Assembly: GCA_030141605.1 (NCBI GenBank) | Contig: JAQGDQ010000008.1 | Coordinates: forward strand, 620,001-684,000 | DNA from: Tubiluchus corallicola | Taxonomy: Eukaryota; Animalia; Priapulida | DNA: 64,000 nt | Direction of reading: 5' to 3' | Shown: positions 1 to 12,328 of the stretch, one piece after another | Layout: each line of letters opens with the position of its first letter | Numbering within the stretch: the stretch's first letter is position 1 | Position numbers and translations under genes: made by a program | Notes under the pieces: generated by a model | What the model was told of the DNA's origin: nothing | Database searches by the model: none | Seen by the model: only the letters and a program-made list of their open reading frames with translations

Positions 1-2919
1 TGTCCCAAGCTGGCAGATGGCCTTGAGAAAGTCACCAATAGTGTAATGGTGGTTGCAGCAGATATTATGGTGTAAGAATTAATTCATGGAATGCATTCTT
101 GGAATTTGGGTGATGGCAATTAAAGCGTGCATTATGCTACAGAATCAAATTATCACATTACAGTTACCAATTGCTGTTAAAACAGCGTTGAATGCATTTT
201 TAATGTTAAGCTCAAATAACTATTTTTTGTGCTTGAATATTTCAATCCACTACATGCGAATGACGAAAAAAAATTTAGTAACAAGGCACAGTGTGCGAAA
301 GCTTTAGCATGACGTCACTGGTATCTCACACCCTGTTGGTTTATCATTGCAGCCATGACTCAACCATGGCTAAATTTATTGCTTTTTAAATTTCTGACTG
401 TCAAGGCTGGCTTGTGTCACTCAAAACAGCGAATATTTTTACGTTTTCCAAATGCTAAAATTGTAAAAGGACAGTTGATACATAGATGCGACTGACGAGA
501 AAAAACTGTATACAGGGCAGAATGATGGCGTTTGCTGGCTTTGGCCATTGATGGTCTTTATACGCTATCTGTTAAATGAGTGATGGAAAATAAACATTGT
601 CTTTTGACTTTAACATTATCAAGACTATTTAATGACTTTTCACACTCTCTCTCAATGTTTTTAATAATTATGTTGATTGAACAACTCAAGTAATGACAGA
701 TATTCATATTCATAATGACAGACTTGCGCTTAGTTAAAGATTCTGTTGTTCAATTTCGCTGTCTTATAGCTTGTTACCAGTGGCCATAAAGTAAGTTTGT
801 GAAACCTTCATTTCCAACCAGGAATATGCTACATAACTGAGTGAGGTTTCAGACAAACACTAAAATTTAGCCCGAATGATTAATATTACCTTAGTTACTG
901 CACAAGTATTAACCAAGAAAGTTGTGGCTGGCAGCTAATTACACTATCATAATAACATTTACTTTAAATCATAGACTTGATTTGCGAGAGTACTCCTCAC
1001 CATTATATTGTTCATACAACTCAATGCAATACCATACAAGGCTTGACTTATCATTTCTATACAGCTACAGATTAATAAGTAAATTGATTAACTCCTACTT
1101 GATGCATCCCAAGTTTAGCTTTCACAGACTGTGATACTTAGTCTGGTGTAAATTCAGCATTTTAGTTATATTTTACCGCATACGTGCGAGTATTGTTGAA
1201 TGTGCTAGAGGTACTAGGGATGTCATGCCGAAATTAATAAAGGTTATTTGTGCTTGTACAAAACTTTTTTGTCACTTTTTAAATACAACATGGTTATCAG
1301 TAATGTCTAAACTACATTTTAACACCCAATTATATTTTGCATTCAGTGCTGCTTTAAGTATAAAACAGCACACTACTCTAACGCCGCAGAAAAAATGTGG
1401 CTAACAACAGTAGCACCGTTATTACCACTTCGCTATTATCCAACACACAATCCAATGACCTACATATGGAAAATACATTTTGATGCCCAGGCAAGCAACT
1501 AACATATAAGTAACAATGATATAATCGTTTTGGCTTTCAGATCGATTTTAAACATTCAGCACATTTTGTGTAAATTATGGTCTAAGACAAATTTTGCGAA
1601 TCGAATTAAAACAAATGTCACTGACACAAAGCAAATACCTAATGTTTAATTATTGCCATGATATTAGATATAGAAAACTGTAGTTGTTGTGAAACACCTT
1701 TCTTGAAATAAGATTTTGTAATTTACAATTCAAAAAGTTCACCAAAATTTAAAATTTCGTATGATAAAAAAGTATAAACTGCAAAAGTTCAAATGACTAT
1801 GATTTATAGTTGCAAACGTCCTTTTCGTTTCTTCTTTATCGGCATAATTACGTGAAGCATATCTAGGCTAGACTTTGACAGCATAATTACACTGACCTGA
1901 CATTTACTCACGCACACATTAACGCCAACCAAAAATTAATGGAAACACTGACGCAACTAATAACATACGCGCGCATATAACACTATAATATACTCAAAAC
2001 ACAAGTCTAAGAAAAATAGCTTTCAAAAACTGAATCTAACTTAGCCTTATAGTACCGCCAAATTTTTGCAGCGTCACCTATTGGCGGTAAACTAGGTATG
2101 CAGATAGTAACACTGCGGCTAACATGCCTAATAAAAGGGAAAACTTTTTGCGATATCAGCATTAAAATGTTAGCTTTTTTTGATTACAGATTCACTGTTG
2201 GTATTTTACCTATTTCTTAACGTACAGCTGTTATTCGTGTATGTTTTTTTCATTTCAATATAAACTTTTTAGCAGTATAATTATACATTTAGAAAACTCT
2301 CTTGTAATAAATAATAATAATATTCTTTATTACTGTTAATGAATTTACAATTTAAAACACAAGTGAGGTTGTAATTAATTACACTAAAACTTAAGACTCA
2401 CTTAAGACTTTAAAACTTTACAATATTTACAAATTGAAATTCAAATTAGGTACTTTATGGATGTTTTGTGTTAGTGATTTGAGTGTTTTGTGTGTGGTGG
2501 GTTTTATTTTGTTGATATGATGTTAATGCATGACAGGTTTTGGTATGCCACTATCTACAAACTACTGGGTCAACGTTGATAATACGTGTTGTTTCATGTT
2601 TTCATATTAGTTATTTTTTTGAAGGCCACTATAGTATTTTTCAGTTCATTTTTGAATTTTTTAGAGTCACTGCAGATTTTGCATTAATTGGGCAAGCATT
2701 CCATTTATTGCCGTTCTGCAGACTGAATTGTGTCCACATTTATTCAGTGGCGTAACAACTAGGCTGGGGGCCCTTGAACAAATCTTGGCTGGGGGCCCTT
2801 GGACAAATTGAATGAAAGGCCCCATATCGAGCCCATTTTTAATTTTGTAAAAAATGTGTTGAAGCAATGAAATTATTATAAAACACAAAAAAATGATTAA
2901 ATAAAAAGCGAAATCAAAC

Positions 2920-3030
<111 letters not shown>

Positions 3031-3134
3031 GTAAATTGTTTACAAAATTACGTAAGGTACACCAAAATAGAAATCAGGCAACAAGCAACGCATACACAGT
3101 ATATGTCAAGTAAAAATCCCGGAATGAAATTCAT

Positions 3135-3428
3135 CTACATAAATTTTGCTGATCGAGCCTTAGTGTTGGCAAACTTGTCTATAATATTATTGTCGATGTC
3201 TATCTTCTGAGCAGCATCACTCTCAATAGCCAACAGCGACAAACCATCAAGCCTGTCTTGTGCCATGGTTGATCTAAGGCAGGTTTTGATTAACTTGAGC
3301 TTGGAAAATGATCGCTCAGCACTAGCCACAGTAACTGGCAGAGTAAGAAATAGGGCACACACTGCAGTTAATTCCGGAACAGATGCTGCCATATGAGAAC
3401 TCACTAAAAGCTTAAAAATATCCAACAC
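3135..3428 (-). pseudogene. hAT transposase C-terminal dimerisation-domain fragment (ZMYM1-like)
   Basis: ORF contains LFLTLPVTVASAERSFSKLKLIKTCLRSTMAQDRLDGLSLLAIE, the hATC signature; the rest of the transposase is absent. Confidence 0.9.
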
Positions 3429-3818
3429 AGAGCTCTGTGATTCGAGCTCACCTTAGACCTCGGAGGGGCCCCAGTCCAGATTCCTAGATCTAGGGGAAAA
3501 TCCCCAAGACTGGCAACTGGCAACCCTTCGGAATGGAAGTCAGTTCCCCGTTGGTTGACAAAATTAGTAGGCGATTTAATGCCAAATAAATATGCATTTT
3601 CCTGACTGAAAATTTGCATGTTTTCAGGGTCTGGTTTGGGGGTCCCTAGACCTCAGGGGCCCCTGGCATTTGTCCAGCCTTGTCCAATGGGCGTTACGCC
3701 ACTGTATTTATCATTTGTATTTATGTGTTTTATGCTGTATGTCTTTGGTTTAGCGTTTTTTTCGATATTAAATAGAAGCTGTTTGGCACTGAAAGCTGTC
3801 ATCAAATCGTTTAAATAT

Positions 3819-4120
3819 TTATAAAGAAAAATTAGTTAATGGAATTGGAAACTGGATTCTACAGTGTGATTTTAGTTTTTCCCTGTTTGCTGTAGTTAAA
3901 TACTTTGCTCTTGTTGTGAAACCAAGGACGTGTTTTAAAGCGTAATTTTGGGACACTTCTAGCCTGTTTAAAGAAGTTTTAGATATATTTGAGAGTAGGT
4001 GGCAGCCATACGTTAAGTGGGGCAAGATCATGATTTTATATATTAGTAGTTTTGTTTTTACATTGAATTGTCCTTTAATTTGTTTCATGCAACAAAGTGT
4101 AACCTGCAAGTAATTTCTAT
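3819..4120 (-). mobile_element. Non-LTR retrotransposon ORF2 C-terminal remnant
   Basis: KLLIYKIMILPHLTYGCHLLSNISKTSLNRLEVSQNYALKHVLG resembles the post-RT region of CR1/L2/Jockey-type ORF2. Confidence 0.7.
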
Positions 4121-4689
4121 GCCAGTTAAATTAAAACAATGCTTTCATAAAATTTGGGACACGTTTTTGCGTGTTCTTGTTGCATATTTTTGCAATTCCG
4201 TATAGTTCCTGATGACGCATGTATGGGGTGTACAATAACGCTATGTTAATCTAGCAGCTGGGGTAAATATGAAAGAAATTTAATAAAGAAAGAACTTGCT
4301 ACATTACAAATACATAGAGTCAATTCCATTATATAACAAGACAAGTTTGTTTACATCTAAGCGTTAAGTATATAACATAAGTATCTCATCTTAGCATTCT
4401 GCCTACAAGATTTAATTATTGCCTCCATAGTAAATCTGCATACAGGTAAATCGTACTGAGTTGCTAACTGGAATCTCTAGTGTTTACAACTTATACACTC
4501 TGCATTCTCCTCACTTCGCCGAAATAGCTTCTACACACTTTTATGTGACTCTGATAATAACACACAACAAAGTGGTTTCAACTCTGACCTGGATTCTCAG
4601 AACTCATGTTAAACACGTCTTAACAGCTTGACGACCAGGGTTCAACCGCCGCCGTTCTCTTCCCAAGATCCCAAGTGAATTAAGATTCT

Positions 4690-5800
4690 GATAAATACAT
4701 CATAGACTGACATCACTAATGTCACTGATTTGTAAAGTATTTGAGAAATTACTGGCTGAAAGAATAATGGAACATTTAGAGCAACATGGTTTGGCAGGAG
4801 ACTCGCAACGTGTATTTATACAAGTCCGGTCATGCGTAACCAACCTGTTAACTTGTACATGATATTACAAAGGGTGCCAATAAAGGCAAGCCACTTGATT
4901 GTATACTTAGACTTTGCCAAAGTTCTGCATTAAACGCTTTTAAAAAGGTTCCTGCACATGGTATATATATATATATATATATATATGCACGAGGTATACC
5001 ATATATATGGTATATATGTAAACATGACATATAATTATGGCATTACTGGGGCAATTGGCAAATGGTTAGATTCTTGGCAGACCGGGCAAAAACAAATGGA
5101 CACATGTCATCATAACTAAAGATTAAAGTGGTATAGGTTCCACAGTGGCCCGTTCTTTCATGGGTCTTGAGCTTTACAATTTTCATTAATGATGTAGCAA
5201 TGATGAGGTATCTGTACATAGTAACCTGATTAAATTTGCCTATGACTCAAAAATATAGGCAGCAAAGATTTACACATCATTTTTAATGTCAATAAATGAA
5301 AGGTCATGCAGTTTTGAATGCAACAACCCTCGTATGGTATATTACATGAATGGTGTAGAGATGACTTTAAATTTGTTAGACAAGAGAAAGATTTGGGTGT
5401 GTAGGTAACTAATGACTTTATTGAAATCTGCAAGCCACGCAGTGCGTTGAGGTGGTCAAAAGTGCAAACCAAACAATAGGAATGATAAAGTGACAGTTTG
5501 TATCCACATAAAATTGTACAAAGGCTTGGTAAGACCCAAATTAGAATAATTGCATGCAAGCATGGAATCCACATTCTAGGAAAGACATACAGCTCCTAGA
5601 CAGTGTGTAACGTAAAGTGAAGGTAAGTAAGAAATATGGTATCCCGAAAGACTTACAGAACTCTCTCTTACACAGTATGGAGCCAGTTTGGAATACACAA
5701 AATATTTTTCACAGAAAGTGGAGTTAGAGAGTAGAATTTACCCCCGTCTGATGATGTTAAGACTTCGACTTTCAAGAAGAAGCTGGACAGATAATTAGAT
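4690..5800 (+). mobile_element. Decayed CR1-like LINE reverse transcriptase
   Basis: Frameshifted motifs in the expected order: YRLTSLMSLICKVFEKL, RSCVTNLL, LDFAK, KFAYDSK (FADD-like), QEKDLGV, LYKGLVRPKLE; a (TA)n tract interrupts it near 4963-4986. Confidence 0.8.
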
Positions 5801-6379
5801 ATGGGATTACGATGAGTTTACTCGATAAACCTCTACCACTCATATTTTAAGAATAGTGGTATGGTATATGGTATGGTAACAACTATATTTTTTAACACAA
5901 TGGCTAGTAAAGAAACATTTAATTTTTTTAATTTTAGTGACAAAATTTTCTTGTTTTTTCAGTAACAACATTGTGATCTTGAAGATGAGAGTAATCCCGA
6001 AACAATGAGTAAAAAATCAGCGCGAATTTTTAACAGCCAAATGTCACTTTTTTATTACTTTTGGCAGGAGGAACAATTGACAGTAAAATTCTTAAGTCAC
6101 TCAACGTATATTATTATTGTATGTATTATTATATTATGCTGTCTTTAAAATGAGACATTAGATTGTTTTCGCAAACCCTTTTATTCATGAAACTCCGGAC
6201 TTTTGTTGGCTTGAATACATCAACGCCTGAAATCACTAAAGAATGCGCAATCGCAACCTAGCTGTGGAGTTTGTAGTTTGTTAATTAATGAATATGTTGG
6301 GGAATTCCATTAAGGTCCGACAAAATCCTATCGCATTTAATACTGATAAGACTAGCAGCTCTAGGGATTAATTGTGGGC

Positions 6380-6578
6380 TTTACATCAAGAAGCGACATG
6401 ATGTCGCGGAGCAGTAGTAAAGTAATAAAATTTAATCGTATTAACCGCGTGAAGATCTCTCCTAATGTCCTACAGGAACGCGCATGATCAGACAGAGTTG
6501 CTTGCAGGCATACCCTGCGAAAAAACACTTGAAACATTTAAGAATATAGTTCTGGTTTGAATTTTGAATAAAGTAAGT
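6380..6578 (+). promoter_or_regulatory. Candidate promoter and non-coding first exon of RNMT (possibly shared with TMEM70)
   Basis: CpG-containing patch in otherwise CpG-poor DNA followed by a consensus donor AAA|GTAAGT at 6573-6578; start site not determinable. Confidence 0.4.
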
Positions 6579-9505
6579 GAGGATATTTCATTTGAATTGT
6601 TTTTAGTCAGTGAAACTTAGTTTAAACTCAATGAAACAAATTAAAGAAAAGGGTTGTCGTTGTTTATGTCTGTTTGTGAAGAAGATTCCAACGTTTTTAT
6701 GTTCGACAACCCTTAATTATAAAACACGATAATTTGTACATTCGTGATACTGCACCAGGCACCAAGAGATTCTCGGCTCGGCAAGCGTTGCTCGCGTAGC
6801 GTAGCCTGACATCACCGCAGTAACCACGAACCTGATAGCTGTCATTGTATTATCACTACGGGACAATCGCGCGTGCTCGACATTCCTGTGTCCTGCCTCA
6901 CAATGTCCTGCAGTTCCATGTTCCTCACTTTGTACCATCTTGCCATGTACAACCTCATCATGGTGCATTGTGCTGTGCGATACTTGGTGAGGTGGTACAT
7001 GGTACTCTGCAGTACACAGTGATGTCGACCAAGTGCTGATTTGTAGTACCTTTCGTTTTCCAAGTAGTCCATAGCAGAGTCTTATATGTTTTTGGTTCTT
7101 TTAAATATTCAACAGATAGTCTCCTATTACAGGTTTCCTCGAAGGAAAAACCATGTCTTTTCTGAAGTTGAACTCATCTGAGAGCATGTTAGAAAGCTTC
7201 AGCAGTAAAACTGTGATTTAAAAGCAGCTCGCGTAATTAGTCAAATCAGTTTATAAAGTCACGACCGCTTCATGCTTTTGCGCTCTCATTATGAACGAAA
7301 AACGGCATCGTTCGATTACCATGCAATATAAGCAAATATCCGGACAGGTGTTTGAATTAACTTTTTTGCAGCCTACAATTACAAGTAATCCAAACTGTTG
7401 AACAAGAGATTGAAATACTGTTTTTTGGCATTTCAAAGAGTCACTATGAAATGAAAACCAGTTACCAACGATAATATAATAACCTCCAACTCGGCTAGTT
7501 AATGCTGACAAAGTAACAAAATAATTATTTTAGCAAGCTAAAACTGAACTCTGTAAGCTAAAGTAACCCACCCGGCAGCTATAGTATACCTGTGGCCTCA
7601 AAAGAATTTCATGCTTATGTGTAATTATATTATGTGTAGTACTTGCACATTTTGAGATGTATTGAGCTATGTAAGCACTTTAAAATTGTTGCTAATATTG
7701 TCCAATGACAAATTTTTACACAAACGCGGTTAAACACAAAGATTTAATCAACTAGAATAGGGGAACATCTCAGTGAACTACAGAAAATTTGTTGTGCAAG
7801 TCTTCTTGCTGTCCATTAGCTTATGTCATTTTTTTCAAATATACTGGCAGCAAGGTTTGTTTGGCAACAGCAAGGTTTGTTTGGTGGGAAATAAACATTA
7901 TTTAAATTTGTTTTACAACTTTGAGCTAGGATTCTTTATGCGCATATATTATGTGATAATTTCAACATTTCTCAACGTATATTAAAATATAATGAATGTT
8001 ATTCGAGGATTGGTTTTAAGGAATTTGAATTTTTCAGTTACTCGCACATTGGCAGAGGTGTTCGTTGTAGCTTTTTCTTTATAATATATGAGTAACTTGA
8101 ATTTTGTTGTCCCCAAGTAATGCCATTAATATTGACTTATTGGCAGCTTGGTCAGCTGAGAAAGTATGTCAGTAATCTGGCTTTTTACATGACATTTAAT
8201 GCAATGTTGCCTATACTGATGGTTGATTTAAATCGACCAAAGACAATGGTTTTGACTTTACAATTGTAGTTAACCTTTTACTAAATTTTGTGACTTTCAA
8301 ATTCGAGTCTTTTGTGAGCCGATGTGTTTAATGCTAGGTTTCACCCATAACTCAATACATTTATAATTTGTATTGTACTGTAATGTAAGTGTTGTAGTGT
8401 TATGTAATTTTGGTATATGCACTGCCAGCTTATGTTTGCACATTGATGTTGTATTACATTGTCTTGCTTATTTGGTTAATAGTGCTAGGCAAAATTGAGA
8501 AAAAGACAAATTTTAAAATTTAATTTTTATTTCATGACGTTGAGTTGAATGAAATAGGCTGATTTAACCATCAAATCGAATCTAATATGCATACTTATTT
8601 CGAGTAAAGCAGAATTTTTTCCATTTTTGTCTTAAGGTACTTTTCTTTCTCATTAATGTGGATTAAAATAGGACTCAAATAAATAAAAAGCAGTTTGCAG
8701 AAATCGTGTCTGCAGAATTCATCTGAATAAACCAGCCTTTTCTAAATCAGCGTGGGGTGTGGATTCAGCTATAGTATTTCAATTGCATATTTTGTTCACT
8801 TCATTTCTGTTGGCAGTCAACCTTTTTACAATTATTCAAATATGTTTGACAATGATTTTGTTAGTTCTACTGTTAGAATTTCAAACATTATCACCAGCAC
8901 TGATTGTCAGTGCTATCATTTAGGTTATAGGCGTTTATATTTAGTGTGTGTGAATTTCTACTATGTATTTTTAAGTTATGTGGTGATCATTTGCATCAAT
9001 AAAATCTTGCTGTATGCTCTTTTATTTATATACATGCAAAGCTAAATTAGCTTGTCATTTTTGTATAGTCTTGAGAACCAGAATCCAGCACTCAATGATA
9101 GGGTTACTATAGTGGTTGCAGCAGCACAAGTATCTATCTCATTATTAAAAACAGTCTTTTAAAATGAGATATTTCACCTGTAGGTGTCTTTGCAAAACCC
9201 AGAAGCACACACATCTGTCAATGATCGAAATAGGTGTGTATGCTGTAATTCTTTTCATGTGTCACCTTCCATTTGCTCAACAGATCCAGCTTTACTTAAC
9301 TGCACACCCAAGACCCAAAGGGTCTCAAAACTTAAGTACATAATACGTGGTGTTGCCTAATTATTTTGCACTCATATTTTAAATCCATAGTATGTTATTA
9401 GATAGTTAACATTCGTTGACGTCTCACTAACTCAGAGGATTTTTCTGTTTGAAAAAGACAAATGTACAAAAGACAGATAACATTGTTTTCATTTACTAGG
9501 CGGTT

Positions 9506-10588
9506 ATGGCTACTGACTCAGCAGATAAAAAGCAGACAGATACCAGTCTTGCAAAACATGTTGCTGAGCACTACAACAAAAGAGAAGAAAAGGGCGTTGA
9601 TGCACGCTACGACAGTCGCATCTTCTACATGCGAAATTTTAACAACTGGATAAAAAGTGTCCTTATTAACAAATTTCTGAATGAAATCAAAACAGACAAT
9701 AAAACAAATATCTGCGTGTTAGATCTCGCCTGTGGAAAGGGAGGTGACTTGTTAAAATGGAAAATGGGACGAATTCGACACTTGACGTGTGTGGACATTG
9801 CAGAAACGTCAGTGAAACACTGTCAAGGCAGATACGAAGAAATGAAGTTGCGGCAAAGAGATGTTCGCGATTTGTTCTCGGCAGAATTTCACACAGCAGA
9901 CTGTTCCAAAATAAGATTGAAAAACCTATACAGAGATCCAGGAACCCAGTTTGACTTAACAAGCTGTCAGTTTTCTTTTCATTATACATTCGAAACGTAT
10001 TCACAGGCAAAGATGATGATGATTAATGCATGCGAGTGCCTAAAAGAAGGTGGCTACTTCATTGGTACAATCCCAAATGGAAACGAAATCGTTAGGCGTT
10101 TACGTGATGCGAAAGGGTTTTCGTTTGGCAATGATGTTTACAATATTAAATTTTCCAATAAATCAGAATTTCCGCTGTTTGGTTGCAAATATAACTTCCA
10201 TCTAGAGGGTGTCGTAGACTGTCCTGAATTCCTCGTTTATTTTCCGGTCTTTGCAGAACTGGCAAAACAGCAGGGGATGGAACTGGTGTGCCGGAAAACT
10301 TTCGCAGAGTTCTTTGCTGAGAATGTGTCACAAAACAAAGGTCTATTAGCGAGAATGAAAGCATTAGAGACATATCCTCCTGATGAAGGCACCAAACTCA
10401 TGAGTGATCAAGCAGAAGATTATTTATCAGCACAGTGTGAGTACGAACACGCTGAGGAAGGTAGCAAAAGAAACAGAGACGAAGCCAGAAAAATCGGGAC
10501 TTTGTCAGCAACAGAGTGGGAAGCCACTAGTCTTTACGATGTTTTTGTTTTTAAAAAAGTCAGCTCTGAAACACTTAAGTCAAAGTGA
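9506..10588 (+). CDS. RNMT: mRNA cap guanine-N7 methyltransferase (360 aa, single coding exon)
   Basis: VAEHYN, SRIFYMRNFNNWIKS, SAM motif VLDLACGKGGDLLKW, FDLTSCQFSFHY, GGYFIGTIPN, FGCKYNFHLEGVVDCPEFLVYF, GTLSATEWEA; acceptor TTTCATTTACTAG ends at 9499, 6 nt before the ATG. Confidence 0.97.
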   Translation: MATDSADKKQTDTSLAKHVAEHYNKREEKGVDARYDSRIFYMRNFNNWIKSVLINKFLNEIKTDNKTNICVLDLACGKGGDLLKWKMGRIRHLTCVDIAETSVKHCQGRYEEMKLRQRDVRDLFSAEFHTADCSKIRLKNLYRDPGTQFDLTSCQFSFHYTFETYSQAKMMMINACECLKEGGYFIGTIPNGNEIVRRLRDAKGFSFGNDVYNIKFSNKSEFPLFGCKYNFHLEGVVDCPEFLVYFPVFAELAKQQGMELVCRKTFAEFFAENVSQNKGLLARMKALETYPPDEGTKLMSDQAEDYLSAQCEYEHAEEGSKRNRDEARKIGTLSATEWEATSLYDVFVFKKVSSETLKSK

Positions 10589-11653
10589 CAGTTTTTTTCA
10601 TGTATTCGGATGAATATTGCATGTTAGAAATGACCTATGTGCCTAAAACGATCAAGTTGTTGGAAGATGGCTTAAGTTGTTTTTCGAGGAGCCCTTCAAG
10701 TTACTATACGTACTGTGTCTGTGTGTTCTATAATGTAACCACAGAAGTGATGCATTTACTACACTAAGAAATTAAAATGCTGCATTGTTAAAATCGTATG
10801 ATAACCTTTAGATGTACGTGCACTGTTTTAAGTAATTGTATATTGTAACTAAGACCACATGCTGAGTGTGTTAAACATAGAACTACGTAAATAAAACTGA
10901 AGTGAAGGAGTAAAAGTTCCAAGAGTGTTTTTTGGAATCTAGCTAAATTCACCAGAACATTTATTGCATCTTCTGTGACTGGAATTCCCATTCTGACTTT
11001 GAGAAGCATGTTTCTGGTAGTGCAAGCAGCATGTGATTTAAAAACTATTTCAAAGTTGTTTTTGTGTTTGCTCACAGTAGTTTTTGTTGTGCTATAGCAA
11101 ATATCTTTTTAAATGCCTCTAAATATTAATGTTTCCTATGCAGTTACTATGGGTATCAAACTGCTGCTATGTGACCAGGCTGAATTCATCTGCAGAATAA
11201 AACTAGAACAGCATACATTTGCAAATGGTGAAATGGCAAATTCAAATGCCAACAAAAATTTAAATTGACACTAAAGAAAAAGGCCATTTATTGTCAATGT
11301 GACACCTTAAAAATCTTAATAATGAGTTGGAAAAAATTTTAATAAAAAAATCCACAATACTGAAATTGAATTGTATTGATATTTCAATACAGGCTACTAT
11401 CTTTAAATATTAGTGCAAAAAATTAATACTGATTGTTTTTCAGTGCTACACAACTGGCGTTACAAGTGCTAGTTTATTAGAATTGTACTTTTTCTCATAT
11501 TTTTGCTGTGCTTAAGTATAACTGTTATTAGAAATTCCAAAATTAGTATTTTGTGATTTTCCCCTCCTCTTGTGCATTAAAACAATTTTGTACTTTTTTA
11601 TAAAACTACATTGTTTCTTATTTACTTTTATGTCTAGGCTTAAGGCCATCAAC

Positions 11654-12328
11654 ATGTCGGTGTGTGCGGCTTATGGTCAACTTACCGTACTTATTACAAA
11701 GCAAATAACACATCGCATAAGTGTGCGTTCCTGTGTCTTCAACAAAATGCTACTGTCAAGATCTCCTTATGAAGTACACCACTGTGTCTTCAGAGACGTG
11801 TCCAGTTTTACCCCGCACAGGGAAAGGCCGGAGTTGGGTCGCGTAGTTTACAGTGGCTTGATAAGTCGGTTTCTCAGGAATGTGAAATTTTTATCGATTA
11901 CAACTAGTGGATTGACTGTAATTTTGCAGCCGTACATGATTCCGAGTGTACTGTCAGTTTCAACGTCGACTGTACAATACGTTGCTTACTTTTCTTTTGT
12001 TGCTATTTTCGTCTTCTTCACTCCGCTCATAATTCACTTAATCGGACGCAAGTATGTCACCAGGTTATACTTCAATGACCAAACAAAACAATTCTGTGCA
12101 GTCACATACAACGTCTTTGGTTTGAAGAGAGAACTTTCATTCACTGCCAAAGACGTGTATGTGCCAGACATTCCGGGATTGTTTACTAGTGTTATCGTAA
12201 ATCGCAAGCCGTTGTTCATGGACTCCAGGATGTTTACGGACACCGAAGCATATGCACATTTAATGGGTTACGATAAGCCCATCGATTTGAGATTTGATGA
12301 TGAAAAAGATGAGAAAGTTGCAAAATAA
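11654..12328 (+). CDS. TMEM70: Mitochondrial transmembrane protein 70, ATP synthase assembly factor (224 aa, single coding exon)
   Basis: Basic presequence-like N-terminus, GRVVYSG...VKFLSITTS, two hydrophobic segments, FFTPLIIHLIGRKYVTRLYF, DVYVPDIPGLFTS, AYAHLMGYDKP; ATG at 11654 (ATCAACATG) is 16 nt after acceptor TGTCTAG (11637). The ORF-track start at 11570 is intronic. Confidence 0.93.
   Translation: MSVCAAYGQLTVLITKQITHRISVRSCVFNKMLLSRSPYEVHHCVFRDVSSFTPHRERPELGRVVYSGLISRFLRNVKFLSITTSGLTVILQPYMIPSVLSVSTSTVQYVAYFSFVAIFVFFTPLIIHLIGRKYVTRLYFNDQTKQFCAVTYNVFGLKRELSFTAKDVYVPDIPGLFTSVIVNRKPLFMDSRMFTDTEAYAHLMGYDKPIDLRFDDEKDEKVAK

Noticed and set aside
1-75. Possible 3' end of a CDS at the window edge (CPKLADGLEKVTNSVMVVAADIMV-stop)
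   Set aside because: Too short to identify and no recognisable family.
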